Position numbers and translations under genes: made by a program. From Octopus vulgaris (taxonomy: Eukaryota): a DNA stretch of 64,000 nt. Each line of letters starts with the position of its first letter. Position 1 is the first letter of the stretch. Positions 30,761-44,675 of the stretch are shown in pieces. The DNA lies in NCBI GenBank assembly GCA_951406725.2, contig OX597831.1:78802001-78866000 (forward strand). The letters run 5' to 3'. The notes beneath the pieces are model-generated. The model did not search any database and was not told the DNA's origin. It was given only the letters and a program-made list of their open reading frames with translations.

Positions 30761-30873
30761 ACAAAATTAGAGAATGGAGAAACATACTTAAATCAATAAA
30801 ACATCAACTATCCGATCATCGGATAGTTGATGTTTTATTGATTTAAGTATGTTTCTCCATTCTCTAATTTTGT
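30761..30873. repeat. Perfect 113-bp palindrome (56-bp arms, 1-nt spacer)
   Basis: 30761-30816 is the exact reverse complement of 30818-30873; followed by an unpaired tail to ~31048; (TA)n flanks. Confidence 0.95.
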
Positions 30874-31086
30874 AGTATTAATTTACGGTAATATTATTAC
30901 CTTTACCCATATAATACAATAGATGAACTGATTGTTTGACAATTTTTAACATCTATGTATTAATCTTGTTGGGTACCTATCTGGCAGTATATTGGATATA
31001 TATTATCCCATGGTGGGTTGAATTTTCAACCCCTATCTCATTTTATAATATATATATATATATATATATATAGATTCACAAATAAG

Positions 31087-31122
<36 letters not shown>

Positions 31123-31250
31123 ATTAAAATCAAAATAAGGGTGAAAAAATTGGATATTAATTTGATAACATCAATTTAACACCAAGTGGTTTAGCGTATA
31201 AAAAACTGAGATTCAGTAAATATTAATACACAAATATTCTCTCTCATATT

Positions 31251-31289
<39 letters not shown>

Positions 31290-33747
31290 CTGCGTGTGAG
31301 CGTGTGTTTGTGTATGACAGTTGTCATATACATACAGTTTTTAACTGTGGAACACGACTGCCACTACATAAATCTGATGATTGCGTAATACATTAAAGTA
31401 CTTGTTTATTTTAATATCGTATAAGTTTGTATATATGTATACATATATATAAGCACGTATGTATACATTTGTGTATGTTTATAAAATCTGTTTGTATGTG
31501 AGTGCGTGTATGTATGTAAAGTGACCAGATAAGAGAAGCGAAGTGAAATAGAATGTGTTTATCCCACTAGTTTACAGCCGTTTCGTAATCATCTTATATA
31601 TTACATCACCATTTCCACTTATATAGAATACACCTATAAATAATTAAGTAAACCCATATATAAACATACCATAATTTATCTGTCGCCTCATGGCAATTCC
31701 AAACACGTGTGCGCGCGCAAGCAGACGTACGCATTCAGTTACACACTCACGCACACCACCTCTGAAGTGCGTGCCGTAATCACCAAATTAAGATTAAGTT
31801 CAGCTCCATTCAAGAAGGGGAGATGATCTCAAAAGTTTAGGTGAAGAAGAGGAAGAAGTAAAAGAAAACGGAAGAGGCGATGAAAGTGGAGGAGGAGGAA
31901 GAATGGGAGGAGAAGAAGAAGAAGTAGAAGAAGGAGGAGATGAGGAGGAGGAGGAAGGGGGAAGGAGAAGACGACGAAGAAGAAGAAACAGAAGAAGAAG
32001 ACGAAGATGAAGATGAAGATGAAGATGAAGAAGAAGAAGAAGAAAAAGGAGACAGGAGGAGTTGGAGGAGGAGGAGAAGGAGGAGGAGGAGGAGGAGGAG
32101 GAGGAGGAGAAGGAGGAGGAGGTGAAGGAAAAGAGGAGGAGAAAGAAGAAGAAGAAGAAGAAGAAGAAGAAGAAGAAGAAGAAGAAGAAGAAGAAGAAGA
32201 AGAAGAAGAAGCTTATTCAGTCGCGAACAGCCATAAACCCTTCCACATGCCCCACCCTTCAACTGAACGTAACGTCCTTGGCATGGGAGTGAAACGGGAT
32301 TTGACAGGAGAGTCAAACGGATGTAACATGAAATGACGAGGTACATCCAGGGACACGACGCGATGCATAGTCTGGAAATCGAACCTGGGACTTTACGATC
32401 GTGCTTCAAACTTCTTATCCGCTACGTCTCGCATCTTTATAGACTTAATCAGTCAGGCTTAATCGTAAAATACGAGAAGCATGATCAGGCAGAGGTACAT
32501 CTGCATGGTTAGAAGTTCGCATCCGGGTTTATTTCCCATGGAATGATACCTTGAGCAATATCTTCTACTATAGCTTGGAGCAGACCGGAGACTTATGACT
32601 AGCTTTGTCAGGCGGAAACTGAGAAGCCCATCGTATATGTATGTAATTATGCGCATATGTGTGTGTTTGCCTTGTGCTTGTGGTTGTCCCCCACCAGAAG
32701 GTGTTGCTTTGTTTACGTTCCCTTAACATAGAGGTTTCGTAAAGAGACCGATGTAACAAGCACCATGCTTGGAAAGCATAAAAATGCTATCGTTCGTTCG
32801 TCCGACGAAAATTTTTGAAGGTGGTACTCCAGTATGGGCGCGCCACAGCGATTTAAATAAGCTGAAGGTAACAGTTAATGAGTCCCTTAAAAAAAAGGAA
32901 ATCTCTAAAATATAATCTTGAAGAAGATTTGACTGCTGTTTCTACCAGGGCCATCTCTACGCATGCGATATCTACTTAGGAGATGACGCAAATTATATCA
33001 TACATCATAACCAGCGGTATTCTAGATGTATCAAATAGAATTTAACGGTGTTTGAATATAAAGCAAACGGCGTTGTGTGGGGTGGTGCCGGCTGCTGTAA
33101 ATATTTATGCATATTGAGTGCATTAGTTTCGTAGTATACACGGTGAGGAGGCGTGGTCTGTGTAATAAAAATGAATATTCAAAATGCAACGTTTTAAATA
33201 TTCATACAGCTGTAATGATTTATGCTGCGAAGAGATTGAAGGCGTGGTCAGAACGGGAAGATATGAACAATAATGTAATATGATATGTTCCAATGCAGTG
33301 GGGCTAATGTGAGCGACATCTGGTAGAGGGAAACTATGCGGAAACCTAGTATACATACTCAGCCATATGCACAAGCACACTGACACAAATACTGACAAAC
33401 GCCAAAGCGCGCGCGCACACACACATATATATCTAGTATATATATATATCACGTGATCACGTGACCGACCAAACCATCAGATGTTGATACACATCGCTGG
33501 TCACAATGCGTTCGCATTGTTTTAGCCTTCGAATGACGCCACTCCGCTGGCTAAGCGAGCAGGCCAACAGAAGAAAGAGTGGGAGAAAGAGTGGTGAAAG
33601 AGTACAGCGGGGATCACCACGCCCTGCCGGAGACTCGTGGAGCTTTTAGGTGTTTTTGCTCAATAAACACTCACAACGCCCGGTTTGGGAATCGAAACCG
33701 CGAGTCCGCTGCCCTAACCACTGGGCCATTGCGCTTCCACATATATA

Positions 33748-33827
<80 letters not shown>

Positions 33828-33869
33828 TATACATACATATATATATATATATATATACATACTGGCCTG

Positions 33870-34381
33870 CTCAGTAATATGAAATTTAATATTTGGCAAG
33901 GAATCAGGACTACTTCATTAGCTTACAAGAGTTTATACTTTCAGTGAAGTTTATTCACTGATGACCAAAGTCAAAAACATTAAATTTCTAGACATCTCAT
34001 AGAGATATGTGTGGTGGTGGAGCGACACAGTGATTGTATACTTCACTGAAAATATATAAATATATTTACGAAGTCTAGACAAATATCTTCAGGCTGGCAG
34101 GCCTTTGCTTACTCTAGACTGATGATGGGCAAGACCCAGAAACATGCATGTCTCTAAATGCAGGCCTAGCTGTTGGGGGTGTTTGTCTCCCCTTCGTAAA
34201 TATATAAAGACACAGGAAATGTGTCAAGGCCGACAGGAAGCGTCGATGCTTCCTAGGGCTAAACAGCGGTGTTGTAATTCCCTTTACGGGACTGTCACGT
34301 TAAGTTGACAGTATACAACCACTCTATCGCTCCACAACAGCACATATCACTATGAGATATTTAGAAATTTAATATTTCTGA
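33870..34381. mobile_element. Fold-back Penelope-like non-autonomous element carrying a hammerhead in its loop
   Basis: Imperfect inverted arms at 33971-34042 and 34310-34381; inner inverted repeat tatatttacgaag/cttcgtaaatata; unpaired tail on the left; between (TA)n runs. Confidence 0.7.
34115..34156 (+). ncRNA. Canonical minimal type I hammerhead ribozyme
   Basis: TAGA-CTGATGA-TGGG(caaga)CCCA-GAAA-CATGCATG-TC-TCTA: perfect core, palindromic stem III, GUC triplet with predicted cut after 34152; stem I can extend through an internal loop (aggcc..tgc / gca.ggcct). Confidence 0.92.
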
Positions 34382-34396
34382 TATATATATATATCG

Positions 34397-34558
34397 TCAG
34401 CCGTCCATTTGACACCGCTGGTCACAGCACGCTGTCCACTCCTCTCTGGATCGCGCCTTTCTCATCCCCGTGATCACAATCGTCCTCTTGAAATCGTCAC
34501 TCCACCGTCGTGGAGGTCTTCCGGGTGGTCTTTTCCGCTCACGCGGGTACCACTGGAC
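34397..34558 (-). mobile_element. RTE-clade LINE 3' terminal fragment
   Basis: Minus strand translates VQWYPRERKRPPGRPPRRWSDDFKRT...AR.REEW...*, the W.P...KR..GRP..RW.D motif of RTE C-termini; in (TA)n. Confidence 0.8.
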
Positions 34559-34825
34559 ATATATATATATATATTTGAAATATTAATTTATAAAAAATAT
34601 TGTGCGTCTGTCTGCATAACCCAAGCGGTTAATATTTTTACGATGTGTACTAAAATGATTCATTTGCAATTTCGAAAATTAAGCGAAAGTTGAAATGTTC
34701 AGCCTACAGGATTTGAACCAAGCATCCATTTGTTGTATAGCATAGACCTGCGTTACCGACTACACCAAAGAGTCTCTGACTGCCTGGCACTTACTTGCAT
34801 GCACGCATACTCGCACAAATACCTT

Positions 34826-34913
<88 letters not shown>

Positions 34914-34916
34914 ATC

Positions 34917-34948
<32 letters not shown>

Positions 34949-35287
34949 TTTACATAGAAAGATAGATAAATAGATGTATACATATTTATTTATTTCCATA
35001 TTCTAACGCGCGCACAAGTATGTATGCATACATATACATACATACACACACGGGCATATATACACACACATACATATACATATACAAAGAAACATACATA
35101 CATACAGACTGACAGACATGCATTTATGCATACAGACATAATGTTATATCGACCACCACTTTCTCTGTTTCTCTTCTTTTTCTCTGCCTTTCTCTTTTCT
35201 CTCTCTCTTTCATTCCCTTTACTCTGTTTGTGTGTGTGTGTGTGTTTTTGTTTCTGTGTGAGTGAGAAAGCGATTCAGAGACAGAGA

Positions 35288-35318
<31 letters not shown>

Positions 35319-35464
35319 TAGGGGAAATAGAATCCAGTCTATGTGCGTATATTGCTATTTGAGAGAGAAAAAGTTAGAGAGAAGGAGAGAGAAAAAAGTC
35401 AGATGTATGGCTGTGTATGCATGTGTATAGGTCTGTATCCGTACGTATGTGTATGTGAGTGTTT

Positions 35465-35504
<40 letters not shown>

Positions 35505-35937
35505 CTATGCAGGTTACAGTATAAATCTTAAACAATCATGGCGGCGGACGTGCTGCACGTTAATGGCGGCAAGGCAAGTGTTGGCGGCAATGGCGGCGTT
35601 CGGAATTGTTGAAATCACTTATTCGCTTTCATTATAATCGCAACCATATTTTTCAATCGTCTTCAGAAATCCAATTCCAAAACATAAGATCGTCTGCTCT
35701 TTGAATTTCAAAGTGCGTCCTCATTCTTTTCATTTTCAATGATATTTTGTATTTTATACTATATTCAAATTTATTGAACTTGTTACGCTATATTATATAT
35801 ACATTCACACACAAACACATATATATGTATGTATAGGTGTATGTATGTATGTATGTATGTATGTACGTATGCATGTATGTATGAATGGATGGATGGATGG
35901 ATGTACATATGTAAGTATGTATATGTATGTATGTATG

Positions 35938-35971
<34 letters not shown>

Positions 35972-36001
35972 TGTATGTATGTATATACATATATATATGT
36001 A

Positions 36002-36081
<80 letters not shown>

Positions 36082-36362
36082 TAGATGCATATCAATAAAT
36101 TTGTATTTATTTTAAGATTTTAAGATGTCTTTATACTTGTGTTTCAACACTCCTCTCACAAACATCTACGCCAATTCTTCTGCTTCTTTTTCTTCTCCTT
36201 CTTCCATTCCTGCCAAACACTGTTTTTCTGTTACCGATTCTTACCAATTCCAATGTTTCACAATAGCATTCATTGACGCATTCCTCTCACTTCCAAATTT
36301 TTATCTATTCTTGCATTTTGTATTTTTGCATAACATTGTATACGTATGTGCAGAGATGCGTT

Positions 36363-36459
<97 letters not shown>

Positions 36460-36599
36460 TTTGTGCGTGCGGATACATGTACGTAAGGGAGGAATTGACT
36501 ATAGTTCGTGTATGTTTGTGTGGATATATGTGTGTATGTGTTTATGTTGGTATGCATTCGTACATCAATATATGCGTGGCAACCATGTGAGTATATTCA

Positions 36600-36682
<83 letters not shown>

Positions 36683-36691
36683 GTATCTATG

Positions 36692-36757
<66 letters not shown>

Positions 36758-36763
36758 TATATA

Positions 36764-36814
<51 letters not shown>

Positions 36815-36825
36815 ATATCTATCTA

Positions 36826-36906
<81 letters not shown>

Positions 36907-36991
36907 GCACACATACACACACTCTCATGCGGATATGAAAACACATAATCACTATCCGTTTGTAAAACATCTTTTAAAAAGCGTCCACAAA

Positions 36992-37058
<67 letters not shown>

Positions 37059-37061
<3 letters not shown>

Positions 37062-37341
37062 TAGATGTTCTAAAATTGCATGTATTCCAACTTCATTCGA
37101 ACGGCGATGGAATGGAAGGTTTCTTGTCACTTTGCTTGTGTTTCACCTTCACTGTTGTTGTTATAATTTCTGTTATTCTGTTATTCGAACAAATTGTTGG
37201 TGTTGTTGTTCTTGTTATTGGGGTGGTCATGGTGCAGTTGTCGAGTCTATGAAATTCTGACTTTCAATTCGTATTTGATATTTTAAATTTATTCTTCAAT
37301 CTTTAATGACAGAAAGATGGCGAAAAATACACCGAATTAAA

Positions 37342-37423
<82 letters not shown>

Positions 37424-37716
37424 TAGATGTTCTAAAATTGCATGTATTCCAACTTCATTCGAACGGCGATGGAATGGAAGGTTTCTTGTCACTTTGCTTG
37501 TGTTTCACCTTCACTGTTGTTGTTATAATTTCTGTTATTCTGTTATTCGAACAAATTGTTGTTGTTGTTGTTCTTGTTATTGGGGGTGGTCATGGTGCAG
37601 TTGTCGAGTCTATGAAATTCTGACTTTCAATTCGTATTTGATATTTTAAATTTATTCTTCAATCTTTAATGACAGAAAGATGGCGAAAAATACACCGAAT
37701 TAAATATATGTGTGTA
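37059..37716. repeat. Near-identical tandem duplication of ~295 bp of unique sequence separated by (TA)n
   Basis: 37059-37352 versus 37421-37716, with about 2 differences seen. Confidence 0.9.
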
Positions 37717-37764
<48 letters not shown>

Positions 37765-38068
37765 AAGAGAGAGATAGGGTGGAAAGCGGGTGAAGACTAC
37801 TAGGATAGATTGGTCGATAAACAAACATACACATATATGTGCTTTTGCATGTATATAAATATGAATTTGTTGATATATATGCACAAACAAACACATAGAT
37901 AAGCATATATGTTTATACGGATATATATGTAGAGATATATGTGTGTAGATGTATGTGGAGGTATGTATCCATATATACAGCAGTATACACACATATATAC
38001 ACACACACACGCATATTGGGCGAATCAAATGCATATATACATAAGCACTCGGAGGCAGAATCACACTG

Positions 38069-38120
<52 letters not shown>

Positions 38121-38266
38121 TATACATATGTATACATATATATATGCATATATATTTATACATATATATATATATATATACACACACACAAATATATATA
38201 TACCTATATATATGTATATAATGGTATATATATAAATATATATACATATATACAAATATACCTATG

Positions 38267-38315
<49 letters not shown>

Positions 38316-38590
38316 AATTGAGGGTAAAATTAATTAATTAATCAATTTCACCGAGTGTTCAGTATGTAAAAGGACCATTTAAGGCGAATTCAAAATATTA
38401 CATTATATAATTAGGGCTTAGTAAAATAAATTACTTTGCCACATACTGAACTTAGTAGAAATAGCAGCCAAAAAAAATTTTCTTAGCATTTCTACTACTT
38501 AAAGAACATTTCTCTCAGATAATGTTTACTCTAGACAGCTCACGAAGGTTTGGGGGTAAATACAGAAAAATATCACAAGTACATAGATCG

Positions 38591-38653
38591 TTTGAGTACG
38601 TCAACGTTTCAAGATTAGCCAAATAAAATCAGCATTTCTTTCGTCAGCTCAAA
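38591..38653 (-). ncRNA. Type I hammerhead ribozyme (copy 1)
   Basis: Minus strand reads TTTGAG-CTGACGA-AAGA(aatgctgattttatttggctaa)TCTT-GAAA-CGTtgACG-TA-CTCAAA: 6-bp stem I, intact core, GUA cleavage triplet. Confidence 0.88.
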
Positions 38654-39152
38654 ATTTCTTAATTTGGATTTGGAAACACTAAAAGAAGGAACGTTACCTA
38701 TCAGCGACTTGTCGCTTCAGATGAACCACTCCAACTAACAGTGTCAACAAATTCAAAATGCGCAGGCGTAAAATTCTGCACTCCCCATTCCACCCACGTG
38801 GTCTATCTAGCAAACATTATATTTTAACCGCGAGAACCGAGGCAGTATGACCGAGAGATATGAATTATAATATCAACAATTGAGGGTAAAATTAATTAAT
38901 TAATCAATTTCACCAAGTGTTCAGTATGTAAAAGGACCATTTAAGGCGAATTCAAAATATTACATTATATAATTAGGGCTTAGTAAAATAAATTACTTTG
39001 CCACATACTGAACTTAGTAGAAATAGCAGCCAAAAAAAATTTTCTTAGCATTTCTACTACTTAAAGAAAATTTCTCTCAGATAATGTTTACTCTAGACAG
39101 CTCACGAAGGTTTGGGGGTAAATACAGAAAAATATCACAAGTACATAGATCG

Positions 39153-39215
39153 TTTGAGTACGTCAACGTTTCAAGATTAGCCAAATAAAATCAGCATTTC
39201 TTTCGTCAGCTCAAA
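39153..39215 (-). ncRNA. Type I hammerhead ribozyme (copy 2)
   Basis: Identical to 38591-38653, shifted by 562 bp. Confidence 0.88.
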
Positions 39216-39277
39216 ATTTCTTAATTTGGATTTGGAAACACTAAAAATGTATGTATATATATATATACATACATACG

Positions 39278-39315
<38 letters not shown>

Positions 39316-39533
39316 CATATACATTCATATATATATATATATACATACAGCCTGAAGGCACCAGTCCTGTTAAAAATGTTGTTTGAGCTCTTTTACTGCA
39401 TGAAACTGTTAGTAGCTCATAAAAAATATATATTGTGTTTATTGAGTGTTTAGATACATGCATACATACACACACACAGACACACACACATATATATATG
39501 TATATATAAACATACATACAGATATATACATGC

Positions 39534-39591
<58 letters not shown>

Positions 39592-39985
39592 ATAAACGTA
39601 CACATAAGTTAAATGAAATTTATGACTTAAAAACTTAAACTGAGAAACTTGTATACACGCACTCATCTCATACATATTATTCCAGAAATAGAACTCAGAA
39701 TAATTTGCAAGGAAACAACAAGGAACAAGAAATAAGGAAAACGGGAAGAAGGGTGATATTAATGATAATAAATCTTCCAAGTTTTGACAGAAGGCCAGCG
39801 ATATTAAGGTGGCGGGAGGCAAGTCGCATACATCGTCCTCATTACATAACTGGTATTCTATTTTATCGGCGCGAAAGACTCAGGCTCGTGTAATTTCAAA
39901 GCAAAATGGAAAGACGGACCAAATACTTCGTGGGTCGATGTAATCGACTTAGCCACATTTCAGGTGTTGTGCCCATAGTAGAAAG

Positions 39986-40045
39986 TATCATCATCATCAC
40001 CATCACCATCACCATCACCTTCATCATCATTATGATCATTATTAC

Positions 40046-40078
<33 letters not shown>

Positions 40079-40366
40079 TATCATCATCATTACCATCATC
40101 ATTATCATCATCATTACCATCATCATTATCATCATCATCATCATCATTATCATCATCATTACCATCATCATCATCATCATTACCATCATCATCATCATCA
40201 TCATCATTATCATCATCATTATCATCATCATCAATATCATCATCACCATCACCATCACCATCACCATCACCATCATCATCATTATCATCATCATTCCCAT
40301 CATCATCACCATGACCATGACCATCACCATCATCATCATCATCATCCTTATCATCAACACTATCAC

Positions 40367-40401
<35 letters not shown>

Positions 40402-41113
40402 ACAATCAGAGGAGCAGCATCAACATTATCAATACTGTTGTCCTATGAAACGTGCGACTGCAAAGATGCTGTTGAGATGCCTAAAACCCTTGGATGATAA
40501 TGGCATCGGTGACGATAAAGATGAGGTGAGGGAGGAGAAAGGGAGGAAGAGGAAGCTGAGGATGAGGATGAAGAGGGAGGAGGAAGAGGGAGATGTAAAG
40601 GGGAGAATGGTAAAGGGAGGAGGAGGAAGACAGAGGAGGAAGATGATGACAGAGACGAGAAGGAGGAGGAGGATGAGAAGGAAGAGGGTGACAGAGATGA
40701 GGAGGGGGATGACAGAGAGAAGGAGGAGGAGGATGACAGAAAGGATGAGGACAGGAATGATGATGGAGATTTGGAGATGGTGCTGCTGCTGGTGTTGGTG
40801 CGGGTGGTGAATATGAAGAGGAGGTGGAGGAAGAGGAATTTGAAGCGGAGGAAAAGGAGAAGAGGTGGAGAAGTAGGAGGAGGGGAGGAGGCGGTGGAGG
40901 AAGAGGTGGTGGTGGAGGAGGAGGACTCAAGAGAATAGCGTGGGGAAAGTGATGATGATGACGATGATGAAAGTATGTCTGGTAATGATGACGATGATGA
41001 TGATGATCATGATGAAGGTGATGATGGTGATGGGAATGATGACGACAGTATCAACAACGACAGTGACGGAGGCCATGACGAAGATGATGATGATGGTGGC
41101 AACGTGTCTAATG

Positions 41114-41175
<62 letters not shown>

Positions 41176-41775
41176 CATGATGATAATAAAGTGATTTGTG
41201 ATGATGGTGATAGCAACGATGATGATGAGGAGGATTGTGACTTTTGATACCCTTAATGAGAATGACGTTGATGATGATAAGGATTATGATGATGATGACG
41301 ACGATGATGCTGATGGTGATGGTGATGATGGTGGTGGAGATGATGGTGATTATGATGATGATTATGATGATGATTGTGGTTATAATGATGATGATGATCA
41401 TCATCATCATCATGGTGATAATGATGATGATGGTTGTGACCATAACAATAACAATGGCTACGACGAAGACCTGGTGGTGGTGGTGGTGGTGTTGATTATG
41501 ATAATGAAGATCGAAATGGTGATCATGATAGCAATGTTGCTGTTTTTGTTGTTGTTGTTGTTGTTGTCGGTGGTGGTGGTGGTGTTGGCGGTCATTGGGA
41601 TTATTTTAAATATTATGATATTATTGATCACATTGATATTGATATTTCATCAAAAAATTCAATAAATGTAAATAACAGTAAAGATTACGATGATGACGAC
41701 GACGACAATGATGATGATGATGATTATGATGACGATAAGAATAATAATAATCATTATGGTAACAACAACAGTGAC

Positions 41776-41850
<75 letters not shown>

Positions 41851-41858
41851 TAATAATA

Positions 41859-41897
<39 letters not shown>

Positions 41898-41951
41898 GTA
41901 ATAATAATAATAATAATAATAGTAATAATAATAATAATAATAGTAATAATG

Positions 41952-42017
<66 letters not shown>

Positions 42018-42038
42018 GTAATAATAATAATAATAATA

Positions 42039-42090
<52 letters not shown>

Positions 42091-42178
42091 CGACAATAGA
42101 AGAATAAGTTGAACAAGGATAGAGGAAGGAGCGAGTATATGGAGTGCTTAATAATTACGGCGATTACAACAACAATGG

Positions 42179-42219
<41 letters not shown>

Positions 42220-42365
42220 ATAGAAATTATAATATTAGTAATAAGAATGATGATGATGATCAAAATAATGATACTGACGACGATCATGGTGATGATGATG
42301 AAGATGATGATGAAGATGATGATGATGATGAGGAGGAGGAGGAGGGGAGGAGGAGGAGGATGATA
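39986..42365. repeat. Compound trinucleotide microsatellite field: (CAT)n, (GAG)n, (GAT)n, (AAT)n, (CTA)n
   Basis: Direct inspection. Confidence 0.95.
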
Positions 42366-42519
42366 ACAGCTACTAAAATAACTATATAAAACATGTAAAA
42401 ATTGGAATAAAAGAATATAATTTAAAAACAAAATATATCTAAGAAAAAAGCTCAACACATCAACAAAGAAATTAGGAAAGAAATGGACAGAAATAAACTT
42501 TATCAACTATCTTTTCACA

Positions 42520-42564
<45 letters not shown>

Positions 42565-42907
42565 AGAGCAGATGCACTTATGGGAACACACATGCACATG
42601 CTTATACACTCAAAATTGCACAACTGTTCAAACACTCGCGTACTTAGATGTATATATACACTGACAAACACACAATTACACACACACATGCACACGTATA
42701 TAGAAACATACTTGTACACGTACACACACACACACATACATGCATGCACACACACACACACACACACATATGAAAGCCTAAAATAAAATAAATGAAGACT
42801 AAAAAAACAACTGACAAACAAATTTACAAACAAAGCTGTGTCAAAGAAGAAATGTGTATGTGTGTGTGTGTGTGAATGTGTGTACGGGTGTACGTTTGTG
42901 TTTGTGC

Positions 42908-42980
<73 letters not shown>

Positions 42981-43051
42981 TGAGGAAGAAACAGAAAAAA
43001 ACGAGGAGGGAAAATAATATGTTTGAAAATGTTTGAGAATTTATAAACTAT

Positions 43052-43109
<58 letters not shown>

Positions 43110-43390
43110 TAATAATAATAATAACAACAACAACAATAATATCGAATCACAAATCATAAACGAACGAGCCAATTGAAATGAAATGTTGAAATAAAAAGAA
43201 TTTTAAAAAATGAAAAAGAAATTTATAAAAATACAATCAAAATAAAACAAAACAAAACAAAAAACAAAACGAAGCAAAACAAAATGGAGTCAAATTGTAT
43301 GAAATTAAAGCCAAAACGTTGCGGAGCAAAACAATGGAGAAAATTGTCAAACATGGAGGAAGAAAAAGAAGATAAAGGAGAATAGAAAAA

Positions 43391-43441
<51 letters not shown>

Positions 43442-43477
43442 ATTATATTGTTAACAATGCTAATAATGATAGTAAAC

Positions 43478-43522
<45 letters not shown>

Positions 43523-44600
43523 TTAATAATGATAATAATAATAATAACAAGAACAACAGCAACATTAGTAGAGAGAAGAAAATGAAGCATCAGAAGAAAA
43601 TTGTAATAATACTAAGAAGAAGAAGAAGAAGAGCAAGAAGAAGAAGAAGAAGAAGAAGAAGAAGAAGAAGAAGAAGAAGAAGAAGAAGAAGAAGAAGCAG
43701 AAGAAGAAGACGAAGCTGATGATGATAATGATGATGATAATGATGATGATAATGATGAAGAAGCACCATACATACGTACATACACGTATATATATGTGTG
43801 TGTGTGTATGTATGTATGTGTGTGTGTGTGTGTGTGTAAGTAATGATGCGCGTGTGCGTGTGCGCGCGCGTATGTGTATTCGTATATACACGCACTGCTT
43901 TGAGTAATTATAAAAACGATTTTTCATTGAGATTTTTGTAACGTTTCTAAATAAAGTTCAGTGAAAAGCTTCTCGTCAAAGACATACAGCGAGAAGAATT
44001 ATAATGGAACATAGAGAGAGAGAGAGAGAGAGAGGGAGGGAATAAAGAGAGAGAGAAAGGAAAGAAGAGGAGAAAGAGAGAGAGAGATGCAGAGAGGAAA
44101 AGAAGGAGCGAAAGTGGGAGAAGGAGAGGGAGATAGGGAAAAATGGACGGGGATGAAAAGATTTAAATTGCGCCGGCTTTTGGTGAATTGATACAAAGCA
44201 GAAAATTTAAAAGCGATCACGTGATTAATGGTGTCGTGCAAACAATGGAGTTTAGCTTTCGGAGATCATTCATTTTTGAAACGAAATAGATTGGTTTGTT
44301 ATTGGGAGGTGAAGAGCTGGGTGGATGGGTTGGAAGGAAGAGGTAGTCTGCAGTTTGCACTGGATATGTAAGAATGTGTGTGTACGTTGATGCATGCAAT
44401 TATATGTGTGTGTGTGCGTGTATCTATATATGTTTTTGTGTTATGCAAGCGTGTATTTAAAGACAAATAGATGTATGAGTACATGAATATGTGTGTGTGT
44501 GTGTGTGGTGTGCTTGTTTGTATGTATGTATGTATTATGTATAAATGCAAAGAGAGAAAGAGTGATATAGATAGAACGTTGATAGATAGTTTGGTATATG

Positions 44601-44675
<75 letters not shown>

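Larger units (their letters stand above)
38313..39246 (-). mobile_element. Retrozyme-like / Penelope-like non-autonomous element: 1.66 tandem copies of a 562-bp unit, each with a hammerhead ribozyme
   Basis: 372-bp direct repeats at 38313-38684 and 38875-39246 (2 mismatches seen) separated by a 190-bp spacer; one hammerhead per repeat on the minus strand; flanked by TA-rich microsatellite; no long ORF. Confidence 0.85.

Noticed and set aside
36125-37060. 311-aa ORF and the many [12 protein letters not shown] ORFs across the window
   Set aside because: Stop-free frames of (TA)n, (TG)n and (TATC)n repeats; not genes
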